Source: an uncultured virus (IMG/VR IMGVR_UViG_3300038312_000251)
Taxonomy: Duplodnaviria; Heunggongvirae; Uroviricota; Caudoviricetes
Strand: one strand, 5' to 3'
Length of the DNA stretch: 36,332 nucleotides
IMG/VR virus record: IMGVR_UViG_3300038312_000251
Made by a program: the position numbers and the translations under genes. Below the pieces are notes generated by a model. It was given only the letters and a program-made list of their open reading frames with translations, was not told the DNA's origin and made no database searches. This document shows positions 1-8,018 of this stretch, piece by piece. Within the stretch, counting starts at the first letter, position 1. Each line of letters opens with the position of its first letter.

Positions 1-1060
1 CTTTTTTAGCAGGCTTTTTTGGAGCTTCTTCCGCTTCTTCATCATCTTCTTCAGGCTCTTCCACTTCTTCAGGCTCTTCCACCTTAGCAGCAGTTTTCTT
101 TGAAGGTGATTTCTTGTTCAGATTTTCTTCCATCTTTTTACGGTTTTCTCCCAACTTTTTGTCGATTTTCTGAACCGTGGCGGTGATGTGCTCCATCAAA
201 CTTTCGATGACTTCCAACGCTTCTTCAAGGGTGATTGCTTTCAAAAGTGGGGCACCGCTCCAGCAAATTTCATATTCAATTCCTGCTTTGTCCAAAATTT
301 CAACTGACTTGGTGAAAGTAAGTAAGTAAAGATTACACTTGATTGATTCATCAGCCTGAAGAGAACAATTTTCAACAAGAACCATGGAACGTTGAGAGTT
401 TTTACCTTTATGTTTGATAGTCACTCCAGCAGACGCAACCCAAGAATACGCATATTCACTTTCAGGAAACAGCTCTTTCAAGGGAGCAAAATGTTGTCTG
501 TCTTCTTCATTGTTTTTGGGGTCAAGTTTAGTCCCACGTTTTCCAACTTTTTTGTCAGCCGTTTTCTTTTCCTTAGCAGCGGCAGGTTTCTTTTCCTTAG
601 CAGGAGCAGCTTTCTTTGGAGTTTCTTCAACTTCTTCTTCTTCTACTTCCTCAACTGAGGAACGAATTGCTTCACGGATATCATCGTCAGACATAGACTT
701 TTTAACTTTTACGTCAAGGTCATTTTCCTTAATAAAGTCTTTCAACTCCGCTCTTGACATTCCATCAAAGTCATCGCTTTCTTCAGCTTCTTCTTCGTCA
801 TCCTCTTCAGCTTCTTCTTCCTCAACTTCTTCAGCCAAATCATCGTTTTCAGCTTCTTCAGGGTCAGTAGTTTCCTCAACTTCTTCAACGAAAGATTCAG
901 CAATCTCAACCAAGGTGTCGGTGTCTTCTTCTTCCATTCCGTCAATACCATTACTGGTAAGGATTTCAAGCAGTTGTTCACGTGCTTCTTCTTCAGTTTT
1001 CGCATTAATTCCTAATGCTTTCACTCTTTTTGCATTTGCTGCATTCAATTTTGTTGCCAT
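1..1060 (-). CDS. Highly acidic phage protein with HeH/Rho-N-like helical motif and Lys/Ala/Pro-rich linkers; partial, runs off the left edge
   Basis: Absent from the ORF track because there is no stop in the window. Manual translation from ATG at 1060: MATKLNAANAKRVKALGINAKTEEEAREQL...FDGMSRAELKDFIKENDLDVKVKKSMSDDDIREAIR...PKKAAPAKEKKPAAAKEKK...EEAPKKPAKK. A-rich leader. The Ser-rich + strand ORF 414-1094 is its antisense shadow. Confidence 0.85.
   Translation of the reverse strand, partial: MATKLNAANAKRVKALGINAKTEEEAREQLLEILTSNGIDGMEEEDTDTLVEIAESFVEEVEETTDPEEAENDDLAEEVEEEEAEEDDEEEAEESDDFDGMSRAELKDFIKENDLDVKVKKSMSDDDIREAIRSSVEEVEEEEVEETPKKAAPAKEKKPAAAKEKKTADKKVGKRGTKLDPKNNEEDRQHFAPLKELFPESEYAYSWVASAGVTIKHKGKNSQRSMVLVENCSLQADESIKCNLYLLTFTKSVEILDKAGIEYEICWSGAPLLKAITLEEALEVIESLMEHITATVQKIDKKLGENRKKMEENLNKKSPSKKTAAKVEEPEEVEEPEEDDEEAEEAPKKPAKK
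47..82. repeat. Perfect 18-bp tandem duplication (VEEPEE x2) within the acidic protein
   Basis: ttcttcaggctcttccac at 47-64 and 65-82. Confidence 0.9.
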
Positions 1061-1115
1061 TTTTTTACGATTTAAAATTGTTTGTTACTATTAAAACTTT
1101 GTTATTGTTAATTTG

Positions 1116-1757
1116 TTATTCTTCATCTAAACTGTAGCTTGAATAAACTTTTCTTTGTTGTAGTAAATCACTGCCGTATTTTTGAATCAAATAACTCTTT
1201 TGCATCTCTATTATATCTGCTACAGTAAAAGGTTCATCCCCACTATCAATCACTTGTTTCCTCATTTTTTTCTCATCATTGTTAAAATAAACTTTGTTAA
1301 GAATTTTTGTATTGTAACCCCGCAAGAAAAGACTGAAAACCGCTCTTTCTTTTCCCGTCAACCCTTCCAAAAGGTCAACACCCTTTACTATAAATTTGTT
1401 TTTTTCTGGCGAAATATTGGTATCATCTTCAACTCCATAATCATAATGTATGTCGTCAATTCTCATTTTGTAGTTTTCCCGACTTATATACTTCATGAAA
1501 TCACGCATCTTATTAGAACAAGCTGCTTCCAAATAGTATTTAATGGGAACTGGTTTTGTGGCTTCATTTCTGCGATATTTGGCCCATCGCCTTCCGTAAG
1601 ATTTAATTGAAGTGAAAATTTTAATCTTGAATTCTTGAACTAAATCTTCAAATTCAAAAGATAATTCCTCATAGGAGAAAATTTTGCTGGCATATCTATT
1701 AGCAAGATATTCATACCTGAAGTAAAGTTTCTCAGATATTTTGATGTTTTTGCCCAT
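1116..1757 (-). CDS. Phage-encoded sigma70/ECF-like RNA polymerase sigma factor
   Basis: Region-2-like 'LYFRYEYLANRYASK...EFEDLVQEFKIKIFTSIKSY...YYLEAACSNKMRDFMK' and region-4-like 'LLEGLTGKERAVFSLFLRGYNTKIL'; 213 aa. Confidence 0.7.
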   Translation of the reverse strand: MGKNIKISEKLYFRYEYLANRYASKIFSYEELSFEFEDLVQEFKIKIFTSIKSYGRRWAKYRRNEATKPVPIKYYLEAACSNKMRDFMKYISRENYKMRIDDIHYDYGVEDDTNISPEKNKFIVKGVDLLEGLTGKERAVFSLFLRGYNTKILNKVYFNNDEKKMRKQVIDSGDEPFTVADIIEMQKSYLIQKYGSDLLQQRKVYSSYSLDEE

Positions 1758-1789
1758 TTGATTTACGATTTTATTTACAATTTCTGCTA

Positions 1790-1820
1790 CGAAATTAATA
1801 CCTTTTTTTTAAACGGCAAA
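1790..1820 (-). promoter_or_regulatory. Bacteroidota-type primary-sigma promoter upstream of the phage sigma gene
   Basis: Minus strand TTTG (1820-1817), 19 nt, TAATTTCG (1797-1790). Matches the Bacteroides -33 TTTG / -7 TAnnTTTG consensus with one mismatch and canonical spacing. Confidence 0.6.
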
Positions 1821-1830
1821 ATTTTTAGTA

Positions 1831-1898
1831 AAAAATTATTGGGTTTGCCCAAAGATTTAACTATTGTTAAGAAAAACCCCAGGCAAACCCAACTATTT
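1831..1898 (-). terminator. Long stem-loop (terminator or RNA processing element) between the 144-aa gene and the sigma promoter
   Basis: 11-bp perfect inverted repeat TTGGGTTTGCC (1839-1849) / GGCAAACCCAA (1882-1892), inner TTAAC-N4-GTTAA hairpin, followed by a T-rich tract on the minus strand. Confidence 0.55.
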
Positions 1899-1914
1899 CT
1901 GTGTTACGTCAATA

Positions 1915-2349
1915 CTATAAAATTCTACAAATTTCATCTTTATTAGCAGTTTCATATTCTTGTAACTTTGCCGAATAAAGAATTAAAGTTCCATCTTCAT
2001 TAATTTGGTCTAAAATCCAAATGTCGCCCCTAAATGAAAAATCATTTCCGATAGCATAATAATTTTCCAAATCGGTTTTATTCATTTCAAATTTAGGTTT
2101 TCCAAGTTTATCGAACAATTCACCCCTCATCTCTTCCATCCTTTCAGAATTGTTCAAAATACTATCTAAACGATTTCTGCTTGCGATATCATTTATCTTT
2201 TCAACCTTATAATTCATCACCTTTTGATAATACGCTTTATCATTGGGGCTGAAATAAATTTTTTTTCTGAATTCAGCAATTAAATACTCTTTCTGTATAG
2301 CAAGAAAGTATTCCGCAACTGAAAGGTTTCTTGTTTTATTCGTTCCCAT
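1915..2349 (-). CDS. Hypothetical phage protein (144 aa)
   Basis: ATG-started ORF 7 nt downstream of the primase stop, same strand. Confidence 0.75.
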   Translation of the reverse strand: MGTNKTRNLSVAEYFLAIQKEYLIAEFRKKIYFSPNDKAYYQKVMNYKVEKINDIASRNRLDSILNNSERMEEMRGELFDKLGKPKFEMNKTDLENYYAIGNDFSFRGDIWILDQINEDGTLILYSAKLQEYETANKDEICRIL

Positions 2350-2356
2350 TTCACAA

Positions 2357-3325
2357 TTATTTTAATTTACCTATTACATCTGTATTGAACTCTTTAGGTT
2401 TTTGTAAATTAGCAAAAACGTCCATTGCTTCGGTTTTGCTACATTCATCAATATCCTTTTTCATTGTATAAGTTATACTTGTTACAAAATAATTTTCAAG
2501 CTCCAAGCCATACCTTTTAATATCTTTGATAGCGTCAAAATCATATAACAATATAACATTTGTGACTCCTTTCAACCTTAACTTTTTTGATTGTTCGGGT
2601 GAAATTTTTTTTCCAAAGGTACAAACACATTTTATATCTTCATCATCCCAAAGTCTTAAAAATTTATCAACCGCAATTTTATCAAAAATACCTTCGACTA
2701 AAATAACAGTTGAAGTCTTTTCAGTTATTTCATCATATCCAAATAACAATTCTGAAAACGTTGTTCCAATACTATTATTATATCTTAATTTATCATTGGG
2801 TACTTGTTTGGCTCCATATCTACCGACAAAACCTCTTATCTCACCATTATCATAAATAGGAACTAAAACATAATTTTCAAATTTTCTAAACAATGAAGTA
2901 GCTCCTATATTGTAACGCTTACAATCCTTAGAAGTTATTCCACGATTTTTAAGGTATTCCGTGCTTGCTACGGACACTTTCCACCCTGCGGGCATACGTA
3001 TAACAGGCAGCTCTTTAAGTTCAACCTCATCGCCCTCAAGCTCATCTTCCAGCATAGAACGTAAACTGTTAATAGTTTCCCTAACTTCTATGGTAGCACC
3101 GCCCAATAAATAAGTTTTATCAAGCTGTTTTAAAAGTTTATAAATACTTCCGTACTCACCGCATTTTTTACAATCAAATAATTGAGTTTCTTTACTAACA
3201 TACATGTGCCTCTCCTTGCCACAAAAGATGCAGTCGCATATGTATTGACCCCTACGATTGAGTTTAGGATTTATCAATAAATCTCTTAAATCCGTGTCAT
3301 TAATTTTCTTCGTTTTGCGCTTCAT
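2357..3325 (-). CDS. DNA primase (zinc finger + TOPRIM)
   Basis: CIFC...H...CKKC zinc-binding domain; TOPRIM 'VILVEGIFD', 'LLYDFDA', 'KDIDE'. Start placed at MKRKTKK (3325), overlapping the helicase stop; the ORF track extends to 3382. Confidence 0.9.
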   Translation of the reverse strand: MKRKTKKINDTDLRDLLINPKLNRRGQYICDCIFCGKERHMYVSKETQLFDCKKCGEYGSIYKLLKQLDKTYLLGGATIEVRETINSLRSMLEDELEGDEVELKELPVIRMPAGWKVSVASTEYLKNRGITSKDCKRYNIGATSLFRKFENYVLVPIYDNGEIRGFVGRYGAKQVPNDKLRYNNSIGTTFSELLFGYDEITEKTSTVILVEGIFDKIAVDKFLRLWDDEDIKCVCTFGKKISPEQSKKLRLKGVTNVILLYDFDAIKDIKRYGLELENYFVTSITYTMKKDIDECSKTEAMDVFANLQKPKEFNTDVIGKLK

Positions 3326-4683
3326 ATTCATCCCAATCCATTTCCATTGTACGTTTACGGTCATAGAACCTTGCGTAACCAAAGTTGTTACAAATATGAA
3401 TAGGCTCTCCGTTTTTATAATCCCTTAATTTATCAGTATGAAGTCTCATCATTTCTTCTCTTGCTTCATCCCTGGTTTGATTAATTGTTATGAAAATATC
3501 AAATGGACGAATTTTCCCTTTATCTTCACTTAACTGAGCACGTGTTATTACAAACTCAGGGTCATTTTTCATTTCTTCTGGAATATTACTACTTTGGGTT
3601 GCTGTGTGAACTACGGCATTAAATTCCATAGCAAGCATTTTCATTCCTTTTGATAATTTCGCTTGTCTAAATCTTTCTTCATGTGGAGTATAATTGTGTC
3701 CATCTCCTACCTCTAACAGCTCTAAATAGTCAATCACTATAACATCTATTTTACCGTAAATTTTTTCCATCTCTTTGACTTCTCTACGAACGTCATTGAG
3801 AGTTTTAGCATTAAACGTTTCTTCAGATGAAACAATAACGNNNNNNNNNNNNNNNNCTTAATTTTTTTATAATGCGTTTGGTTACAGACATCTTTTTAGC
3901 AGGAATATTACCAAGTTTAACGTCTTGATAAAGAGTGCCTGTCCAAGCTGCATCATAACGGTTTAAACATTGTTCACGTGTACCTTCCAATTGAAAATGA
4001 GCAACCCTGAATCCTTGTCTTGCTGCTGAAACTCCTACGTGAACTAAAACTTGAGATTTTCCCGAACCTGAATCACCTAACCATAAAACGCATTCGCCAG
4101 TCTCTGGCCCACCATACTCACCGCCTAAACGATAATCAATTTCATCAATTGTTGTTGGTATCTTATATCTAAACTTCCAATCTTCACTCCTGCGTTTAGC
4201 CTGTCTTTCAGCAAAATCACCGAACACGGTTTCAAATTTAGCATCCTGAATTGAGAATTTACTAAAATCGTCAGCGTATTTTACAAATAAATCCCAAGCC
4301 TTATCTTTATCACCCCTATTATATACATCAGCAATTAAATCATTAGCTTCAAGAAATTTCATCTTTTTGATAAACTTCTCAAAACTTTCTACCACTAAAT
4401 CATAACCGCCATTTTCATCAATTTCAATATCGGCAATTTCTCCTATTTTATCAAGAACCTTTTCATCATCCGAAAAATGTTGCTGAATTTGTCCCAGGGT
4501 TGGGACTTTTCCTGTTTTATCATATCTTACAGTTATCCATTGCCATAGTTTTTTTTCCGATTCAACTTGAAAATATGAAAATTTGAGATATTGTCTTGCT
4601 ATATCAAAAATTGTTCTTTTCTCCAATGATGCGGCCAATAACTCTATTACAAAACCGCTTGTTAAATTACTATCTTTTGCCAT
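3300..4683 (-). CDS. DnaB-like (SF4) replicative helicase; one gene, split in the ORF track by an N gap
   Basis: Walker A GDSGSGKS and FQLEG in 3823-4683; VIVIDYLELL and TATQS in 3300-3770. The reading frame VIVSSEETFNAKTLNDVRREVKEMEKI is open from the gap into the second ORF. Confidence 0.9.
3841..3856. other. Assembly gap (16 N)
   Basis: Run of N; produces the apparent frameshift in the DnaB-like gene. Confidence 0.98.
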
Positions 4684-5272
4684 AACCTCTTTTATCGTAA
4701 ATTTTTGGGTACTCTTGTTTTAAGAGTGATTTACATTCCTTTTTAAACAAACACGTTGCGCATTTTGAACTTTTATGAAAATACAAAGTGGTGTTAGCAA
4801 CGCACCATAAAAAACCCCTCTTTGTATTATGATAATCCGCTTTAAAACTTTCTTCAACTGGACGTAAACTTGTGACTATTTTTGATATACTGCTTTCTTT
4901 TTTTACAACATTTATGTCATGATTCTTTTTTAAACCAATCCTTGTTATATAAACGTTTGTAGATATATCATATTTATTCCAACGCTCAATAGCAGCTTTA
5001 CCAAAAATCCAACTGAACCGAACCTGTCTTGAATAATCTTTTATAGCACCATCGTTAAACCAACTTTGAATTCCATACTCTAAAAATTTTCTAACAAATT
5101 CTTCACCAATACGGTTTGAAAAAGTATCCATAAAATTTTCCCAACTTGCCGTATCAGAATTGTTACATTTGTAATTCACTTTACGTTTTGTAACCTGTTC
5201 TAATAATTCAATAAAAGTATCTACAGCATATCTGAATAATATTTGTCTTTTTCGATTATTTTTTGTTTCCAT
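4670..5272 (-). CDS. Hypothetical replication-module protein with C-terminal Cys cluster
   Basis: Likely start METKNN (5272; track 5299); 'WCVAN...HKSSKCATCLFKKEC' possible metal site; lies between the two helicases. Confidence 0.7.
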   Translation of the reverse strand: METKNNRKRQILFRYAVDTFIELLEQVTKRKVNYKCNNSDTASWENFMDTFSNRIGEEFVRKFLEYGIQSWFNDGAIKDYSRQVRFSWIFGKAAIERWNKYDISTNVYITRIGLKKNHDINVVKKESSISKIVTSLRPVEESFKADYHNTKRGFLWCVANTTLYFHKSSKCATCLFKKECKSLLKQEYPKIYDKRGYGKR

Positions 5273-6203
5273 ATTCCCATCCTTCTGGCAATTTATCATC
5301 TTTAAATATGTATTTATTTTTTAAACCATTATTTATACAAACTTTGCCCTTATTTCCAGGAGATTTTCCTAAAAAATATTTAGATAATTTAATTTTAGTT
5401 TCTTCGGAATGATGTTTACCTTTAAATGGATGATTTAAAGATACATATTTTTTAATATTTTCACGATGTTTTTCACTCAATTTTCTTCCAGTTAATTTTT
5501 CTGATAAATTCTTCCTTGATTCTTCTGACATAACAATTCCTTTATTCCAAGGAGTTTTACCTTTATGAGACTCGCTTAATTTTTTTCTTGTTTCTATTGA
5601 TGTTTTTTTACCTACGTTCCAAGGAGTTTTTCTTTTATTTTTTTCAGAAACTTTATTACTAACTTCTTTATTTTTCATTGGATTTTTATCTCCAATTTTT
5701 GATAAACCTATTTTTATTTTAGTTTCACGACTTAATTTCTTATTTTTGCCACTTTCAGACATTTTCTTTTTAGTTTCGTCAGAAAGTTTTTTACCTAAAT
5801 TTATATCACTTAATTTCTTTTTAGTAGATTCATCTAAACGTGAACTGTTACCTCCCCAAGCTATATTAGTTCCTCCTAATTTATATGAATAATGAGATTT
5901 TTCATGTTTTATATAATATTCTTCCATCTTGTCAAGACATTTTTGAGAACAAATTTCTGAATAAAATAAAACTTCACGTCTTATAAGTTTTCTCCAATTT
6001 TTAGGATAGTCTTGTTTTATTCTTTTCATGAAATCATTCCAAATTTTACCACTTCCTGGATAATTTGAAACATTTGAAGATAAAAAATGCTCCTTTCCTT
6101 TATTTTCCCAATGTTGACCTATATAAAATGGTTTGTTTTCATTAAACTTGTATTTTGCTATTATAGTGAATTTGTAAATTATTCCATCCATTTTCCTATC
6201 CAT
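5256..6203 (-). CDS. Free-standing GIY-YIG homing endonuclease with NUMOD3 repeats (Seg-like)
   Basis: 'GIIYKFT...FYIGQH', 'YPGSG', repeated 'KLSDETKKKMSES / SxETRKKLSESHKGKTPWNKG', C-terminal 'INNG...LPEGWEYG'; visibly more AT-rich than its neighbours. Confidence 0.88.
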   Translation of the reverse strand: MDRKMDGIIYKFTIIAKYKFNENKPFYIGQHWENKGKEHFLSSNVSNYPGSGKIWNDFMKRIKQDYPKNWRKLIRREVLFYSEICSQKCLDKMEEYYIKHEKSHYSYKLGGTNIAWGGNSSRLDESTKKKLSDINLGKKLSDETKKKMSESGKNKKLSRETKIKIGLSKIGDKNPMKNKEVSNKVSEKNKRKTPWNVGKKTSIETRKKLSESHKGKTPWNKGIVMSEESRKNLSEKLTGRKLSEKHRENIKKYVSLNHPFKGKHHSEETKIKLSKYFLGKSPGNKGKVCINNGLKNKYIFKDDKLPEGWEYGNKK

Positions 6204-7660
6204 TTTTTTAATATTTCATCCCAATCTTCACAAGAAGTATCTAAAATTCCAATATTTTTTTCTCCTATTCTTTTTACATAATTATCTAATCTTGCTTCAG
6301 AATGTTTAGAAAAATAAGCGTCATATAAATCAAAAAAGTCAATTATAACACTCTTTTTCTTAGTTTTTGTGGTTCCAAGCACTCTCCCGCAACGTTGAAT
6401 TATATTTGCTTCTTCAAGTCCTCCATCTACATTCAGTAATACCTGTGCAGCAGGCAAGGTAACTCCTTTTTTAAATATATTGGATGCTAATAAAAAACCG
6501 CCTTCACCTTCTAAAAATTCAGCCTTTGCTCGCTCACGCTCATCACTTCCATCTATGCCGCTGATAAAAGGTATTCCCGAAAGTATTTCAACGTTGCGTC
6601 CATGCTCTACGCTTTGGAAAAGCACAAGCGTTTTTAATCTTAGCTCACGAAGTATTTCTATCACTGAAAGTAGTATCTTATTTCTCAAACCGTTTTCAAA
6701 AATCAATTCTTTTCTGAATCCGTTATAATCTTCCACTTCTACGTCATACTCAATATCATTATGGTCAATTAGCAGCATGAATACTTTATAATCTGATAGA
6801 ACCTTACGTTTACGAAGTAGTGACTCAGAAATGTTGTAAACTACGTCACCGCTCCATTCCTTCAATTTTAAATTCTGAACCAATGTTCCCGCACGATATG
6901 GAGTTGCTGATAAACATAATTGGTATTCTAATTTCTTAGCTTTCTTGTAAGTCTTTAATTTAGCATCAGAACAATTTTCATGAATTTCATCCACACATAA
7001 AAACTTTAATTCCTTGAAATACTTCTCCAACTCCCTTTTCTTTTGTACGTCCTTACACCGTTTGGAAAATGTGCTTTGAATAGTTTGTATCATTGCTACC
7101 GTAACACGCTTTGAAATATCTACCAATCCAGCTCTTATTTCTCCAACTTCAATTCCACCGTAAGGTTCAAAGTATTCTTTAATATCATTAACCGCCTGAT
7201 TAAATAAGGTTGTATTATCAGTACAAAATAAAAAATTACCATCATCTGAATTAAGAAAAATTCTCAAAATCTCTGATGCAATAAAAGTTTTACCACCACG
7301 TGTAGGAACTACAATGATTCCAAACCTTTTTTTATAAAATGCTTCAACCGCTTTTTGCTGATGAACATATTTTCCTGACATTCTTGAATCAATCTCCGTT
7401 CCTTCTGGAATATTGAAATCATAATCATTTATTTGATAAGATAATTTGTGAACTCTTATATACTTTTCCAAAGTTGGTAACATACCAATTTTAAATGTCA
7501 ATCTACGTTTGTCAAATTTTTCAATTTTTTGTGAATAAGCATATGGGTCTGGGTTGCGGAAAGTCAATGCTTTTGCTACGTGTCTTATACCGTTTTTGCT
7601 TGACAGCTTGAATGAATACTCAAAATTGTTAATTCGTGATATGTTTACATCTATGGACAT
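6179..7660 (-). CDS. Superfamily 2 DNA helicase (UvsW-like/DExH)
   Basis: Motif I VPTRGGKT, II VDEIH, III LSATP, VI QRCGRVL; ATG at 7660 (track uses TTG at 7666). Confidence 0.9.
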   Translation of the reverse strand: MSIDVNISRINNFEYSFKLSSKNGIRHVAKALTFRNPDPYAYSQKIEKFDKRRLTFKIGMLPTLEKYIRVHKLSYQINDYDFNIPEGTEIDSRMSGKYVHQQKAVEAFYKKRFGIIVVPTRGGKTFIASEILRIFLNSDDGNFLFCTDNTTLFNQAVNDIKEYFEPYGGIEVGEIRAGLVDISKRVTVAMIQTIQSTFSKRCKDVQKKRELEKYFKELKFLCVDEIHENCSDAKLKTYKKAKKLEYQLCLSATPYRAGTLVQNLKLKEWSGDVVYNISESLLRKRKVLSDYKVFMLLIDHNDIEYDVEVEDYNGFRKELIFENGLRNKILLSVIEILRELRLKTLVLFQSVEHGRNVEILSGIPFISGIDGSDERERAKAEFLEGEGGFLLASNIFKKGVTLPAAQVLLNVDGGLEEANIIQRCGRVLGTTKTKKKSVIIDFFDLYDAYFSKHSEARLDNYVKRIGEKNIGILDTSCEDWDEILKKWIGKWME

Positions 7661-7673
7661 TTTCAAATTTTAA

Positions 7674-7774
7674 TATTTATTACAAGGTGACATTGACAGA
7701 GAAGTTTACCCCCTAAATCCCCCTATTGGTATTTATTACAAGTATGACATTGACAGTTGTGAGAAGTTTACCCC
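7674..7774. repeat. Two imperfect ~40-45 bp direct repeats immediately upstream of the replication module
   Basis: 7674-7712 TATTTATTACAAG-GTGACATTGACA-----GAGAAGTTTACCCC vs 7730-7774 TATTTATTACAAGTATGACATTGACAGTTGTGAGAAGTTTACCCC. Confidence 0.9.
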
Positions 7775-8018
7775 TTTGTTATCTTAGCACAGAGCTGTCT
7801 CACGTATTAACTTTGATTTTAGTAAAAAGAAAATGGAATTATTTTCATAACCCCATTACATCTTAACATTATAGACATCCAGCCCAACAGGCTCAAAATG
7901 GATAATAGAAATATTGCTTTTCTAATATTTTTATTCCCTCCGCCCTACCTGCCGATCACGGCCATTAATTGATTCAAATGGTCGCCAACCTGTTCCCATT
8001 TCTGAATTTCCTGCCGAA

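Noticed and set aside
392..1094. + strand ORFs 392-658 and 414-1094, and - strand ORF 742-1005
   Set aside because: Ser/Phe-rich antisense or off-frame shadows of the Glu/Lys-rich minus-strand gene 1-1060.
3770..3860. Split or frameshifted DnaB helicase, or an intron
   Set aside because: The break coincides with the 16-N assembly gap, and the frames are open on both sides.
5256..6203. Group I intron housing the endonuclease
   Set aside because: The ORF overlaps both neighbours, there are no non-coding flanks for a ribozyme core, and the helicase motifs are complete upstream.
7692..7756. TTGACA as sigma70 -35 boxes
   Set aside because: On the + strand, antisense to all genes, with no well-spaced TATAAT.
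7674..7774. CRISPR mini-array
   Set aside because: Only two imperfect copies with internal indels, a 17-nt spacer, and no cas genes.
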